This document shows, piece by piece, positions 49,741-60,802 of a stretch of DNA of 64,000 nucleotides. Source of the stretch: Diadema antillarum (lineage: Eukaryota); contig NW_027271445.1 of assembly GCF_040938485.1 (NCBI RefSeq), positions 1,302,001-1,366,000 of the forward strand, written 5' to 3'. Position 1 is the stretch's first letter, and each line of letters opens with the position of its first letter. The notes beneath the pieces were generated by a model. The model made no database searches. It was not told where the DNA came from and saw nothing but the letters and a program-made list of their open reading frames with translations. Made by a program: the position numbers and the translations under genes.

Positions 49741-50754
49741 ACGCCGTCCCATAGAGTAATGCTGTGAGAAGTGAATGTAATAATCTATTATATTTTGAAT
49801 TGAATGAGGTTTTTTATGTGACTATAATGTATGCACAAATGCATATTTTGCGAGATCTTGAAATCAAGTTATCATGAAACCAAAGGGATGCCAAAAAACG
49901 CATGAAATCTTGTAATCACTTACTACAAGTGCTTCCAGATAGAGAACTCTTGATGATATGCCGTGGTTATCATTATTTTCTTACAGTCATTAATTTGATT
50001 AGTATGATATTACTTTTATTGAGATCACCGCCACTGTTAATCTACAAATTGAAAGAGAAGGATTAGGACATGCAATGCATCTTCATCATGACTAACAGGG
50101 AATTCGTGAGTTACCTTAAGTAGATGATGGTAATATATATCAATGTCATATTTCAATTACAGGATTTCGATGCAAGGCCAGTATAACGTCGGGTCTTTAT
50201 GTGATATCGTCACGCTAGCACTTAGATTTAATGCGAAGAACACGGCGTCACACATATGATTTCTTATGGCACACAATGCCTTAGTACACACAATTTGAAT
50301 TGTCCACAAAATCAAAATGGGAACGTCGATAGGTACGGGTATTAGTCGTTTGCAAGAAATACGGTCATTTCGTGTGTAGAATTTTGAAGATATTTCAGAC
50401 CACCCAAGTCAATGAATAAAAGTGAATAAGTGCACACTCTTTGTAATGTACAAATGTAGTGTGTTGTATATCATAGGATTATTAAATTCCCTTCTTCTTT
50501 ATACAAAATGCTTCAAAGTCTCTATCAAATCTATCCGCGACACTAGTTGAAAATCACGAGGGCAACAGTATCTAAAATTGCAATTTCTCCATATCGTCTG
50601 ATATGACTAAATGCATTTTCTGTAGAGCAGCAAACCAAGGAAATTCATGTTTGAAGGGAACTTATAGCCTTAATCATAGGTGCAGTAAATGCCCCCCAAA
50701 CAACAACAACAAAAACAACAAAAACCAAAACCACACACGCTCTCTCTCTCGCTT

Positions 50755-50785
<31 letters not shown>

Positions 50786-50790
50786 TATAC

Positions 50791-51060
50791 AAGTTCAAGG
50801 TCAAGTCCAAGTAGATTTATTTCATTTCCAACAAAATAATTAGGAATACAATAAAAAATGTTCGCATATAAAGATAATGTCAGGAAATCAGCACAACAAT
50901 CTGATGAACATACTAACATGTAATAAAGACATAGGAAAATTATTAACAGAGATACAAATAAATGTTAAATCAGTTTGGTAAAGTCAGAAACATAATTGCT
51001 GGAAATTGACGGGACTGCTAAAAGGCAGAGCCTGTAGTATGCAGTCCCCTCATAGAAAAG
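50791..51060 (-). mobile_element. Probable LINE 3'-UTR remnant
   Basis: On the minus strand, a GGGACTGC..GCAGTCCC hairpin (51011-51048) is followed by AAATAAA and a short (CTTGRM)n-like tail. No coding remnant is clearly recognisable. Confidence 0.35.
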
Positions 51061-51820
51061 GGGAAAATTGCCTTAGAGATAGAAAAAAAAGACAGAGTAG
51101 TATACACATACCTACACACGCTAAGACGCACATTAACAATCACGAAGCAGCTTTCTTATAAAAGAAGAAAAGATAAGTAGATAGAAAGATTAGTGAGGAA
51201 GGTACAAAATGAAGATCACATCAGTAAAGTTTCAGGAAAACTTAACAGTGCTTTCACAGGATATGACTTTGAAGATAGTCCATTGCAATCCGTGTCCCGA
51301 AATCCCTGGAAAAGACGGTGTAAACAATTTCTGATGGCCCAGTGTAGGAAAAGAATATACAAATCATACAGAAAATTCCATGAAGTTTCCTGTTCTATTT
51401 TTCGAAATAATGAAAATCTTAACTCCTCGATTTATTTACGGTATAACTACGCCAGGGTAATGTCCTCCCCCTACTTTGGGAAGGCGGAAGGTTACATCAC
51501 TTTCATTATGGTAGCAAAAATAACAAATGAGGTAAAATTCTCTAAAATTTCTTTTGCTAATATCAATCATGAATTATACAATTCCTATCCTAGTTTAAAT
51601 AAAAAAATTGCAAATTCATAACGATGGTAACAATTCTCAATATTCACTGACGTGATCTTCTTTTTAAATTCAAGAGCCAGAACTTGCCGAAGTTGAGGCT
51701 AAAGAAAACTGATACTTCCAGAGGAAAGTAATCCCCGGAAGACTCGTTATAACGCTATAATGAGGACAATGAAAGCTGTAAAATCTTCGAAATGTACCAA
51801 ATTTTAATATATATCCCATA

Positions 51821-51859
<39 letters not shown>

Positions 51860-52930
51860 TGTATATTATACATATATATATGCATGTATATTATACATAC
51901 ATATATGTGTGTTTATGTATACATTTATACATAATTATATATATTGTATATATGATTATTAATATTTTCAAATGGGTTAGCATTTTAGGTCATGAATCAT
52001 TTATTATTTGCTTTCAAAATTTCATCCGTAAATGATATAAAGAAATACATGAATGTAAGAAAAAAAATCTTCAATCATTCACGAGTGACACCCTCATCTC
52101 TGATCAAAACCACGAATATATAATATTATGAATATTGGTCCTCATTGATTCAAGATATCTCCATTTTTGTGTGAAAAGGGAAAACGGCTGCATAAAAAAA
52201 GAAAATTATGTGGGGATACAGATATGCAAGAATGATCGATGGGTTGATCTAGAATAAGTTTAAAAACCATAATAAGTAAATAAATCAATCAAGTTAATAA
52301 ATCAGTTCACACTGAAACTAACTACTTCATCTTCACCTTGGCCGTGGACAATACGTGTTATATGTTCCACATGTTCAACATATAATCAAAGGGTGAATGG
52401 GGTTGGAGTCTTGATGTTAAAGAAAAAAAATCAATTGGGCAAAAGTTTAGTTGGTACGGAAACAAAGGCGGGACTAGTTTTGGTTTGGAGGTAGTACTTC
52501 CTTGGGTTTAGGATTATTAGATTCAACATCAATTCCAACTAACGAATGGAGTAGGATGTTTGGGGTTGACTCAACCTGATCGTAAATCATGGTTTGGCTG
52601 TACTTGGTCTTACAATAAGATGGAGAGATGAGGCTAGATGTTCCATCATACAGTGAGAGAACACTGGAATCCTTCTTACATTCAGGTGGTATACTAAAGA
52701 ATGTTGGAGATCAGTGACTTACTCGAGGTGAAGTCAAGAGTATAGGTTGAGGTCATTGACTGGCCGGAGGTGAAGAGGCATATCCGATCATCAAAGTGGA
52801 ATATGAAGGGGGTAGTAATAATTAACTTTGTGTATGATTACACAATACTCTACAAAAGTTATCAGTGAAAATGAGGGGGATTTCCTTGCGAGTAGGTCTA
52901 AGCAATCTATCTACTGCATAAACACATATA

Positions 52931-54355
52931 TTACAATTTATTATCATCGTATTCATTAGTTGCCGGCTTGTCTGTTATGCTTTCCTCGTTGGGTGACATA
53001 GATTTATTTTCGACTCCAACTTTAACATCATTTATTACGTCGTTTGTTTCTAGAATTTCGAGGTCTTTGTTACTGTCTTCTTTCCAAATGGTGCGTCGAA
53101 GAAGTTTACGAATGAAAACTAGAGAAAAGCACGCAAGAATAGTAAAGAAGAAGGAGAGAAGGGGCACAGATATTGCTAGATTTGACTCCGGAGGTGGATA
53201 TACTCTAGTAAGTACCACCACTGCGAACGAAGCGTTCTGGACTCCTGTCTCCAGCACCACGACAATGGCCTGGTTATTGTCCAGGCGAAACAATTTGGCG
53301 ATCATTCCGCCAAGGAGTCCTCCGCAACAAGGCAACAGGATCGCAGAGACATAAACAGATGGAGGAGAAAGAAAGACGTACCATATGAAGGGAATCAAGA
53401 TAGCTTGTGAAATGACAACGGTAACGATAACGACAGGCTTCAAAATCTTTAGCACCTTCTCTTTAATCTTTGGCGCTCTGTTGTTAAAAAGCATCCCCAA
53501 TATAACGGGAGTGATCAAGATCGCCGCTTGTATAGCCACTTGTTCAAAAGGTGTTTGTATATCATTCGTTTCGACGAACCTTGAGTATATAAAAATATTC
53601 AAGGGCATCATACCAAATGCCAGAAGCGTGGAACAAGTTGTCATGGTCATACTTAGGACAAAGTCTGCATCCAGCAATAGAGCAAAATCGTTGCTAACCT
53701 TTCCACCCGGGGAACATCCCATCATCAACAATCCTACATGTAGGGCGTAAAAGGCACCAAGTTTTAGTACTTTAGCGATACCTAACGATAGCGCGGGCAT
53801 CACCACGAACTGGCAGATAAATCCGATGATAAGCGGACACGGTGCTTTAAACGTCTGAATGACAAGTCTGAACTCAATTGCTGCTCCCATCATGAAGAAA
53901 GTACCCATTAATGGCACGTAGAACGCGTATTGGAGGATAACCTGGATGATGCTATTGCCAACGTTCACCTTGACGGTCAGTGTGGCCACCTGCTCTTTTA
54001 CGTCCGATCCAACCGACGATGCCCAAACCAACAGACTCGAAATTCCGATGTGCTGTCCTCGTATGGTAAGTTCATGAGTAACAGGGAACTGATGATCAGG
54101 AGATGCGGACAGACACTCGATTAAGTTGATGACTTTGAACGTGTAGACATTCTCGCTTTCGAAGGACATGCAGAGGTTTTCTGATCCTTCGTAAATGAGT
54201 ACAGTAACGTTGACAGTCTGTTCCTGGCGCTCGAACACGACAACCTGGTGGGTGTTCAAGAAGCTTACATTTGGCATTAACTGCCCGCAGCAATGACGAA
54301 CGAACATGAGTAGTAAGAGGATAAGGAGAGGAGAATGGCTGTTGTTTCCATCCAT
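52931..54355 (-). CDS. SLC10A-like: SLC10-family sodium/bile-acid symporter-like protein, copy 2 (474 aa from MDGNNSHS)
   Basis: Uninterrupted ORF with the same motifs as copy 1; about 87% identical over the first ~200 aa by eye. I place the start at ATG 54355 because it aligns with the copy-1 start and begins the signal peptide. The ORF-track start at 54439 adds 28 aa that look like an intron polypyrimidine tract. Confidence 0.92.
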   Translation of the reverse strand: MDGNNSHSPLLILLLLMFVRHCCGQLMPNVSFLNTHQVVVFERQEQTVNVTVLIYEGSENLCMSFESENVYTFKVINLIECLSASPDHQFPVTHELTIRGQHIGISSLLVWASSVGSDVKEQVATLTVKVNVGNSIIQVILQYAFYVPLMGTFFMMGAAIEFRLVIQTFKAPCPLIIGFICQFVVMPALSLGIAKVLKLGAFYALHVGLLMMGCSPGGKVSNDFALLLDADFVLSMTMTTCSTLLAFGMMPLNIFIYSRFVETNDIQTPFEQVAIQAAILITPVILGMLFNNRAPKIKEKVLKILKPVVIVTVVISQAILIPFIWYVFLSPPSVYVSAILLPCCGGLLGGMIAKLFRLDNNQAIVVVLETGVQNASFAVVVLTRVYPPPESNLAISVPLLSFFFTILACFSLVFIRKLLRRTIWKEDSNKDLEILETNDVINDVKVGVENKSMSPNEESITDKPATNEYDDNKL

Positions 54356-54568
54356 CGTTACGCGGTATTTCTGTCTGTCTGGATGTTTAGCGCAAGAAAA
54401 TAACGTAAAGAAATAATTAACGATACAATACAAGATCATCTGGAACTTATAAACAGCGATAGAGGTACTTATACCTTTTGACGTGTACTGAATGTTTTTA
54501 CTAACGTCTCTGTATAATGAATAAGTATCGTCTGCTTAATATAATAGTCTATATCTAGGTATGAAAGT

Positions 54569-56608
54569 CATGGCCGGCGCAGCCGTGGGGGCCGTGGGGG
54601 CTCGGGCCCCCACACTTTTTGTGCACCATCCAAAGGAATACATAAGGTGTCATCACTTTGGGCCCCCCCACTTTTTTAACCTGTACATAAAAAAGATGAT
54701 CCTCATGAAATTAGCAATTATCGTCCTATTTCTTTATTGCCTAGTATATCCAAAATCTTAGAAAAAATTGTTTATAATAGACTTCTTAAATTTATTAATA
54801 AGTATGATTTACTTATTCCCAATCAATATGGTTTCAGAAAAAATTATTCAACTGATTTAGCACTAATACAAATTTATGACAAAATTACAAGTGCTTTTGC
54901 AAACAAAGAACATGTTGCAGGTATATTTTGTGATTTGAGTAAAGCATTCGATACTCTTGATCATTCTATTTTACTCAACAAACTTAGTCATTATGGTATT
55001 CGAGGACAAGCACTTTTATGGCTTAAAGATTATCTAACTAATAGAAGAAAATATGTTATTTTTAATGGTTGTGAATCTGACCCCCTTCTAATTAAATGTG
55101 GTGTTCCTTAAGGCTCAATTCTAGGCCCATTATTATTCCTTCTTTATGTTAATGATATCATAAATACATCCTCTCTTCTCTCTTTTGTTCTATTTGCTAA
55201 TGATACGAATATATTTTATTCTCATAAAGATCTTAAGATTTTAAATGACACTTTAAATATTGAAATTAGTAAAGTATCAAATTGGTATAAGTCTAATAAA
55301 CTTTCTTTGAATATAAAAAAGACTCATTTTATTCATTTCAAACTTCATTCTCATAATGAAGATACGTTGATACATATTAATATTGATGATATCCCATTAG
55401 AAAAGAAAATGAATTCAAAATTTTTAGGAGTATATATAGATGAAAGTTTGACTTGGAATGAGCATTTACATCATGTTACAACGTGTATTTCTAGAAATAT
55501 AGGGATAATTTCCAAGCTGAAGTTCTTTCTTCCTCGTTCAACTTTATTTCTATTATATAATTCCTTAATTCTCCCATATATAAGTTATTGCAATGTTGTA
55601 TGGGGTACTTGCGGCTCTACCAAAATAAATTCTATATTTAAATTACAAAAGAAAGTTATACGTATTTGTACAGGATCGCATTTTCTGGCTCATACCGATT
55701 CTTTATTTCATGAGCTTAAAACATTGAAGGTTTTTGATTTGAATATTATTCAAGTAGCAGTAATTATGTTCAAATATATACATCAGCAACTTCCATCATC
55801 GTTTGATAACATGTTTAGGTTCAATACTTCTGTCCATTCGTACCCTACTCGTATATGTAGAAATTTCCACCTTTTGAATCCCAAATTATTAGTGACACAT
55901 AAATCTATAAGACATTCGGGTCCGGATATTTGGAATAATCTCCCGGATAATATAAAGTCTTGTTCAAGTATTTATTCTTTGAAAGCTTCACTTAAACGAT
56001 ATTTGATACAATTATATTCTCCAAACCAATTGAGCTAACAAATATTTATAGTATTGATTGTCATCTTATTGTCAATCTCTATTTTCTTCCTTCAACTGCA
56101 TCTTGCACTCTCACCTGCAACTGCACTGCACTCACCTGATCACCTTCCTCCAAGAGAGTTATGTCGTTGGATAGTCATTTTATGAGGCCTCCATCCATTT
56201 CAAGCTTAATCGCTTATGATGGTGGTCTCCTGCATTCAATTATCTCTGTTGTTTACTGAAAAATACTGTATATTTTATTTTATGTTACTGTGTATCTACA
56301 TTGCTCAATGCAATCACCTATGTGAATCTATTTATGTACTGTTATCGATTTATTTCACTGCACTTGTTATTCTTTGTCTTTGTACTTTTTGAAATTTGCA
56401 TTCAAGTTGCATCTGATTGAATGCAGAAATAAAAGCAAATAAACAAACAAACAAACTTTTTTAACCCGGAAGTACGTAAGTGGCACTAAAATAGAAATAG
56501 ATAGGGATCTTAAAGGATGGCCTTTTTTTTTTTTTTTTTTTTTTGCTTGTCAGCTGAAGAAACCCGGAAGTAGGCCCTCACACTTTTGAAAACACTGCGC
56601 CGGCCCTG
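54569..56608. mobile_element. Non-autonomous DNA transposon (MITE, ~255 bp) split by the LINE insertion; 5-bp TSD
   Basis: TIRs CATGGCCGGCGCAG (54569-54582) and CTGCGCCGGCCCTG (56595-56608) match at 13/14. Direct repeat AAAGT at 54564-54568 and 56609-56613. Confidence 0.8.
54682..56454 (+). mobile_element. 5'-truncated non-LTR retrotransposon (CR1/L2 group, Crack/L2-like), inactive ORF2 reverse-transcriptase fragment with 3' UTR and (CAAA)n tail
   Basis: One reading frame over 54680-56038: PVHKKDD..NYRPISLL, QYGFR, DLSKAFD, GVP*GSILGP, FANDT, GPDIWNNLP..LKRYL. In-frame TAA at 55109-55111 (GVPQG to GVP*G). Catalytic FADD is mutated to FAND (55193-55204). The element is flanked by the 12-bp direct repeat ACTTTTTTAACC (54670-54681 / 56455-56466). 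Confidence 0.93.
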
Positions 56609-57143
56609 AAAGTACTCTTTGTACTCACCTTTTACTTCAAGATGACTCTTCCTCAATTCAATTAAATTTCTTTATTTCCATGTAACAAAAGGCGATACAT
56701 AGTACAAAGTATAATATATAATACAAGCAAAAAACAAAATAGTATGCCCTCTTTAATGAAAAGTATTTGCGAATGAATGTGTAGTAGTATACAACAAACA
56801 ATGCGTAAATGCACAAATGAGATTAATCAGAAAAATAAAGCTTTGAAAAAAAATCACTAGATTCACAGGTTGTTAGACGTGGCTCCCCCGTTTAACAATG
56901 CACATAATAAATCTATCTAAAATGGTACGTTGATTAAATGCATTTGTCAACTGTGATGATAAAAGCATGTTGGCAACAACACTTTGATGTGATAAAACAA
57001 TAACACAAAAATTCAGAATAAGATGACAATATCAATTTTTTGGCAATATTCAGACAATATCACCTAAATAGACTTTGTTATTACAGAACAACAAGTAAAA
57101 AAGTTCCTTACTATTCCATGAAGCTTGAACTTGGCTATGCACT

Positions 57144-57175
57144 TGGCCTTTGGTATTCACTCGTAGAATATCAAG
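57144..57175. promoter_or_regulatory. 32-nt non-coding block identical upstream of both SLC10 paralogues (copy 2)
   Basis: Identical to 42117-42148, while the flanking sequence is clearly diverged. Confidence 0.6.
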
Positions 57176-57589
57176 TAAGACCCACGAATGTTTTTGATGC
57201 AAAAGAGTGAGCCGAAACTACAATTCACCCGCCGCTTGAATAGTCAGGTCCCCAGGTTCCGCAGCCCCTGCAGAAACAGCTGACACCACTCGATAAAACG
57301 ATGGAGTAACTTCATGATGAAACCAACCAAACCTATGAGAAGACTTGAACAGGCTATTAAAGGGATGATAAGCAAATTACCCTTGCCGTTTTGTCCTTTG
57401 AACTTTCCCGTAGTGTATACAAAAGCAGTTCAACTGGCTCTAGGTGAATAACCCTACTCAGGGGCAGTTCAATTTGCATAGCTTCATGTAAGATATTGAT
57501 GGATTTCCTAGTCAACATCGTAAATGCATAATCTATAGTGCCTGTTCAACAATTGGTATTGATGTCAGCTACATCAACATGTTATTAAT

Positions 57590-58280
57590 CCTGAAAGGAA
57601 AAAACTGTGTACGTTCGCTAATCAGCCCCAAGATCGAATCATAAACTTTACAAGCCTACTGTGGAAGAAGACGAAAAAACATTCCCCAGGGCAGTAGGGT
57701 AGTAATAGGGTGAAATATAAGAGATTTCAAAAGTCAGAACAGATTATCTCAATATTAAAAAGAACGTACACACTCTGGAAATAGTGAACATCGAAATGTT
57801 ATAAATCCTGGAAGGAAATAGGGTATACGTGAGCTAATCAGCCCTAAGATCGAATCATTATTGAAAACTTTATAGGCCAACTGTGGAAGAAGACGAAAAA
57901 AAAAGTCTCCAGGGCATAAGGGTAGTAAGAGGGTCAAATATAAGATATTTTTAAAAGTCAGAACAGATAATAAAAGAGCAGACTTTAAGCTTTAGAATGT
58001 TGTATGACTCAATAGAAATGGACTCTCTTAACCTATACTGTATCTAAATATTGAAAAGAAAGTCCACACTCTGGAAAAAGTGAACATCGAAATGTTATAC
58101 ATCCTGGAAGGAAATAGGGTATACGTTCGCTAATCAGCCCCAAGATCGAATCATAAACTTTATAAGCCTACTGTGGAAGAAGAAGAAGAAGAAGAAGAAG
58201 AAGAAGAAGAAGAAGAAGAAGAAAAATCTCTCCAGGGCAGTAGGGTAGTAATAGGGTCAAATATAACAGATTTTTAAAAA
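57590..58280. repeat. Three copies of a ~150-210-bp unit upstream of SLC10 copy 2
   Basis: GCTAATCAGCCC(C/T)AAGATCGAATCAT..ACTGTGGAAGAAGA..CCAGGGCA..AGGGTAGTAA at ~57590-57745, ~57760-57970 and ~58055-58280. Confidence 0.85.
58176..58223. repeat. (GAA)16 microsatellite within the third repeat unit
   Basis: Seen directly; the sister units have only GAAGAAGAC at this position. Confidence 0.95.
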
Positions 58281-58927
58281 GTTTGTTTATAAATGCATTG
58301 TTAGCTGTGGTACAATAAAGACATGATAACTTGCTCTCCGTTGATAGTTCTATATAGTATTAGCTGTATGTCAATCATTGTGTCCTGTATGCTTTTAAGA
58401 ATTATCATTCATCTTGTATTTCTTTCTTTCTCTTATAATCATACAGAGTATGGACATAGTCCATATCAATCATGGTAGATATTCTTTTCGGATCATTCGG
58501 AAAGACTGCCCTTTCGGTATAGCCATAGAGCTGATTTTCAAATGGATCCGTACCTAACATGTAAAAGATATTCAACCTTGTAACTGCAGAGAGACAAGGA
58601 GATGTGGTAAATACTGAATTATATGCAATATCATTGCACAGCTGACACTGCAAAGAAAGCAATACAAGTATTGATAAACAACAAGGTCAAAATTAAGATC
58701 TCATTAGTCATAATATGGAAGATTTCATTGTACAAACAATCTCGGATCCTACGCAAAACAAAAATACAGAAAGAAATGAAAATAAAACAAAGATAATAAA
58801 GATAAAATATATATGAAATGGAAGTGCCATTACACATTGCAAACAAACCTACATCCTAAACTTCACAAAAAATTGAAGGGCAAGTAAAGAACCATGTGGT
58901 GAGAAAAGAAATGAATTATATCACCAG

Positions 58928-59041
58928 GGCCCCGTTTTATAAAAAGATATAATAGATTTTAAATTTCCTTACCACACAGGCTTTCATAGACTTACCATAG
59001 AAATCAACATTATTAATTATAAATCTTCACAAAACAGGACC
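58928..59041. mobile_element. 114-bp PIF/Harbinger-like MITE (3-bp TSD CAG)
   Basis: CAG|GGCCCCGTTTTATAAAA ... CTTCACAAAACAGGACC|CAG. The TIR matches at 12/17 and all mismatches are transitions. Confidence 0.55.
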
Positions 59042-60802
59042 CAGATCGGTTCATTCGGTGTATGGACTGTGCAGAATATCTACACGAGAGTTACAAGACT
59101 ATGAATTTGGTCATTCCATCATTTCATTCCAGCATTATTTCTAAAGGTATTATTTCCCAAGGCTAGGCAGGGTACAAGAATATGATTCTTGAAAACAAAT
59201 CTTTTGGGACATCACTTTTTGTTACACATTCCAAATATTTGCATGAATAAGCATTTTCATTTCATTGTCACAGACAAAAATGGGACAGTTCTTAATTTGG
59301 TGATGTTCAGATATTTTCAATGGTACGCTCCCTGCTCCCATTGACATGATGATTTGTTTTTTTTTAGAATTCACCATGCTAAAAGTTGTGTTTATTAAAC
59401 TAAGTTTATAAGGTTGTTAAATATTAACAAGAATAAAACAACATCTGCAAACAATGCCAATCCAGATGATTCCTGCATCTATTGGACATTTTAACGTACA
59501 AAGTAAATAGCAGGAAGCCTATTAGGAACCCTTGCGGTATACTCCACATGTTATGCTCTATTTATCAAATAATAGTAGCCATGTACAGAAATGACCGTCG
59601 TCTATCTTCAAAATGACTCCTTAACCATTTAGAGTGGTTATATTCTTAGTATTCAAAATTTCTAATTTCTTGTTTTTCCAATGGATTAGCATGATCAACT
59701 AAATCAGTTGGCCATGGGAGATCGATCATTTTATACCAATGACTTTCCCATTTCTTCAGCAATTTCCACTATCGATGGAATAAAGAGCCCTGATGCCTGA
59801 CTGTCTATCAGTTTAAGATTTTTTATTTTTTTTTTTTTTTTTGGGGGGGGGGGGGTCAGATATTTGACTTCTTGATATTTTCATTATTTTTGGCGAGGGT
59901 ATATGTGTACGAATGCCGGGGCACTACGGTTTTATGCATGTTTTGTTATTCGCATTGTTCTTTTTTATTTTCTGATTGTTTCGCCTGACATCAGGATATC
60001 AAAATTTTCATACATGGAGTCCTTGAGGGATCTTGAGATGCCCTCACCTTCTAGAGTAATTCACAAATTTTACAAGCTACTCTTTTCTTGTGAATTCCTC
60101 TTTTCCATGTACAGTTATGAATTAAGATTGTATTGCTTACTTGATTATTTGTCCAAACCAGAGTTGATATCATTATAAGAATTGCATTCATGTTTTGTAG
60201 AAAATTACGTGATTCAAAGTTCCTTTAAATAACATCTACTTATGTACGCGTTATGTATTTTACTTTGTATTACTTTATATGGAAATAAAATCATTTTGAA
60301 TTAAATTGAACTGAATTGAACCGCTTGGGTAACTCGTGTACATTTCCAATCTTTTGGTTCACTGGTTAAGAACATGCGCGATTGGGGAGGCAATCATAGA
60401 AGCTACCGGTTTAAGAATATTTGCTCATAAACTGCCAGGGCAGTGGCTTTATTGTGGCTTCATATACTTCTCATCACTTGCTATTACATCCCTGAAGACA
60501 AAGAGTATAGTAAACACGCATATTAAAGAGCTTTCTCGTCTAAGTGCTCATGAATGTACTATGAAGAGATTTGCTCATACGGCTTTAAGAAAAGTACTTC
60601 TTGAAATTGACATTTCCTAGCAATTAACGTCGTTGTCATTCACCTTGATAAAAGTGGCTTCTCTATTGGTTTTCCAATCTGGTGCTAAAGCCCTGGATAA
60701 TCCGACTGGATTAACTTAAAAAACACCCAGCTCGGAATAATGTACGCTTGAGATGCGACAAAGGAAGCGTCTTTCCTTCTGCGCACATTCCTTTTTGTTT
60801 TA

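Noticed and set aside
51193-51621. 142-aa plus-strand ORF
   Set aside because: GTG start, no recognisable motif, adjacent to a LINE-like remnant.
54356-54439. 28-aa N-terminal extension of SLC10 copy 2 from ATG 54439
   Set aside because: It has no counterpart in copy 1, precedes the signal peptide, and reads as a pyrimidine-rich tract ending in CAG (probable intron 3' end).
55109-55111. Programmed read-through in the LINE ORF
   Set aside because: A simple CAA-to-TAA nonsense change. The catalytic Asp is also mutated, so the copy is dead.
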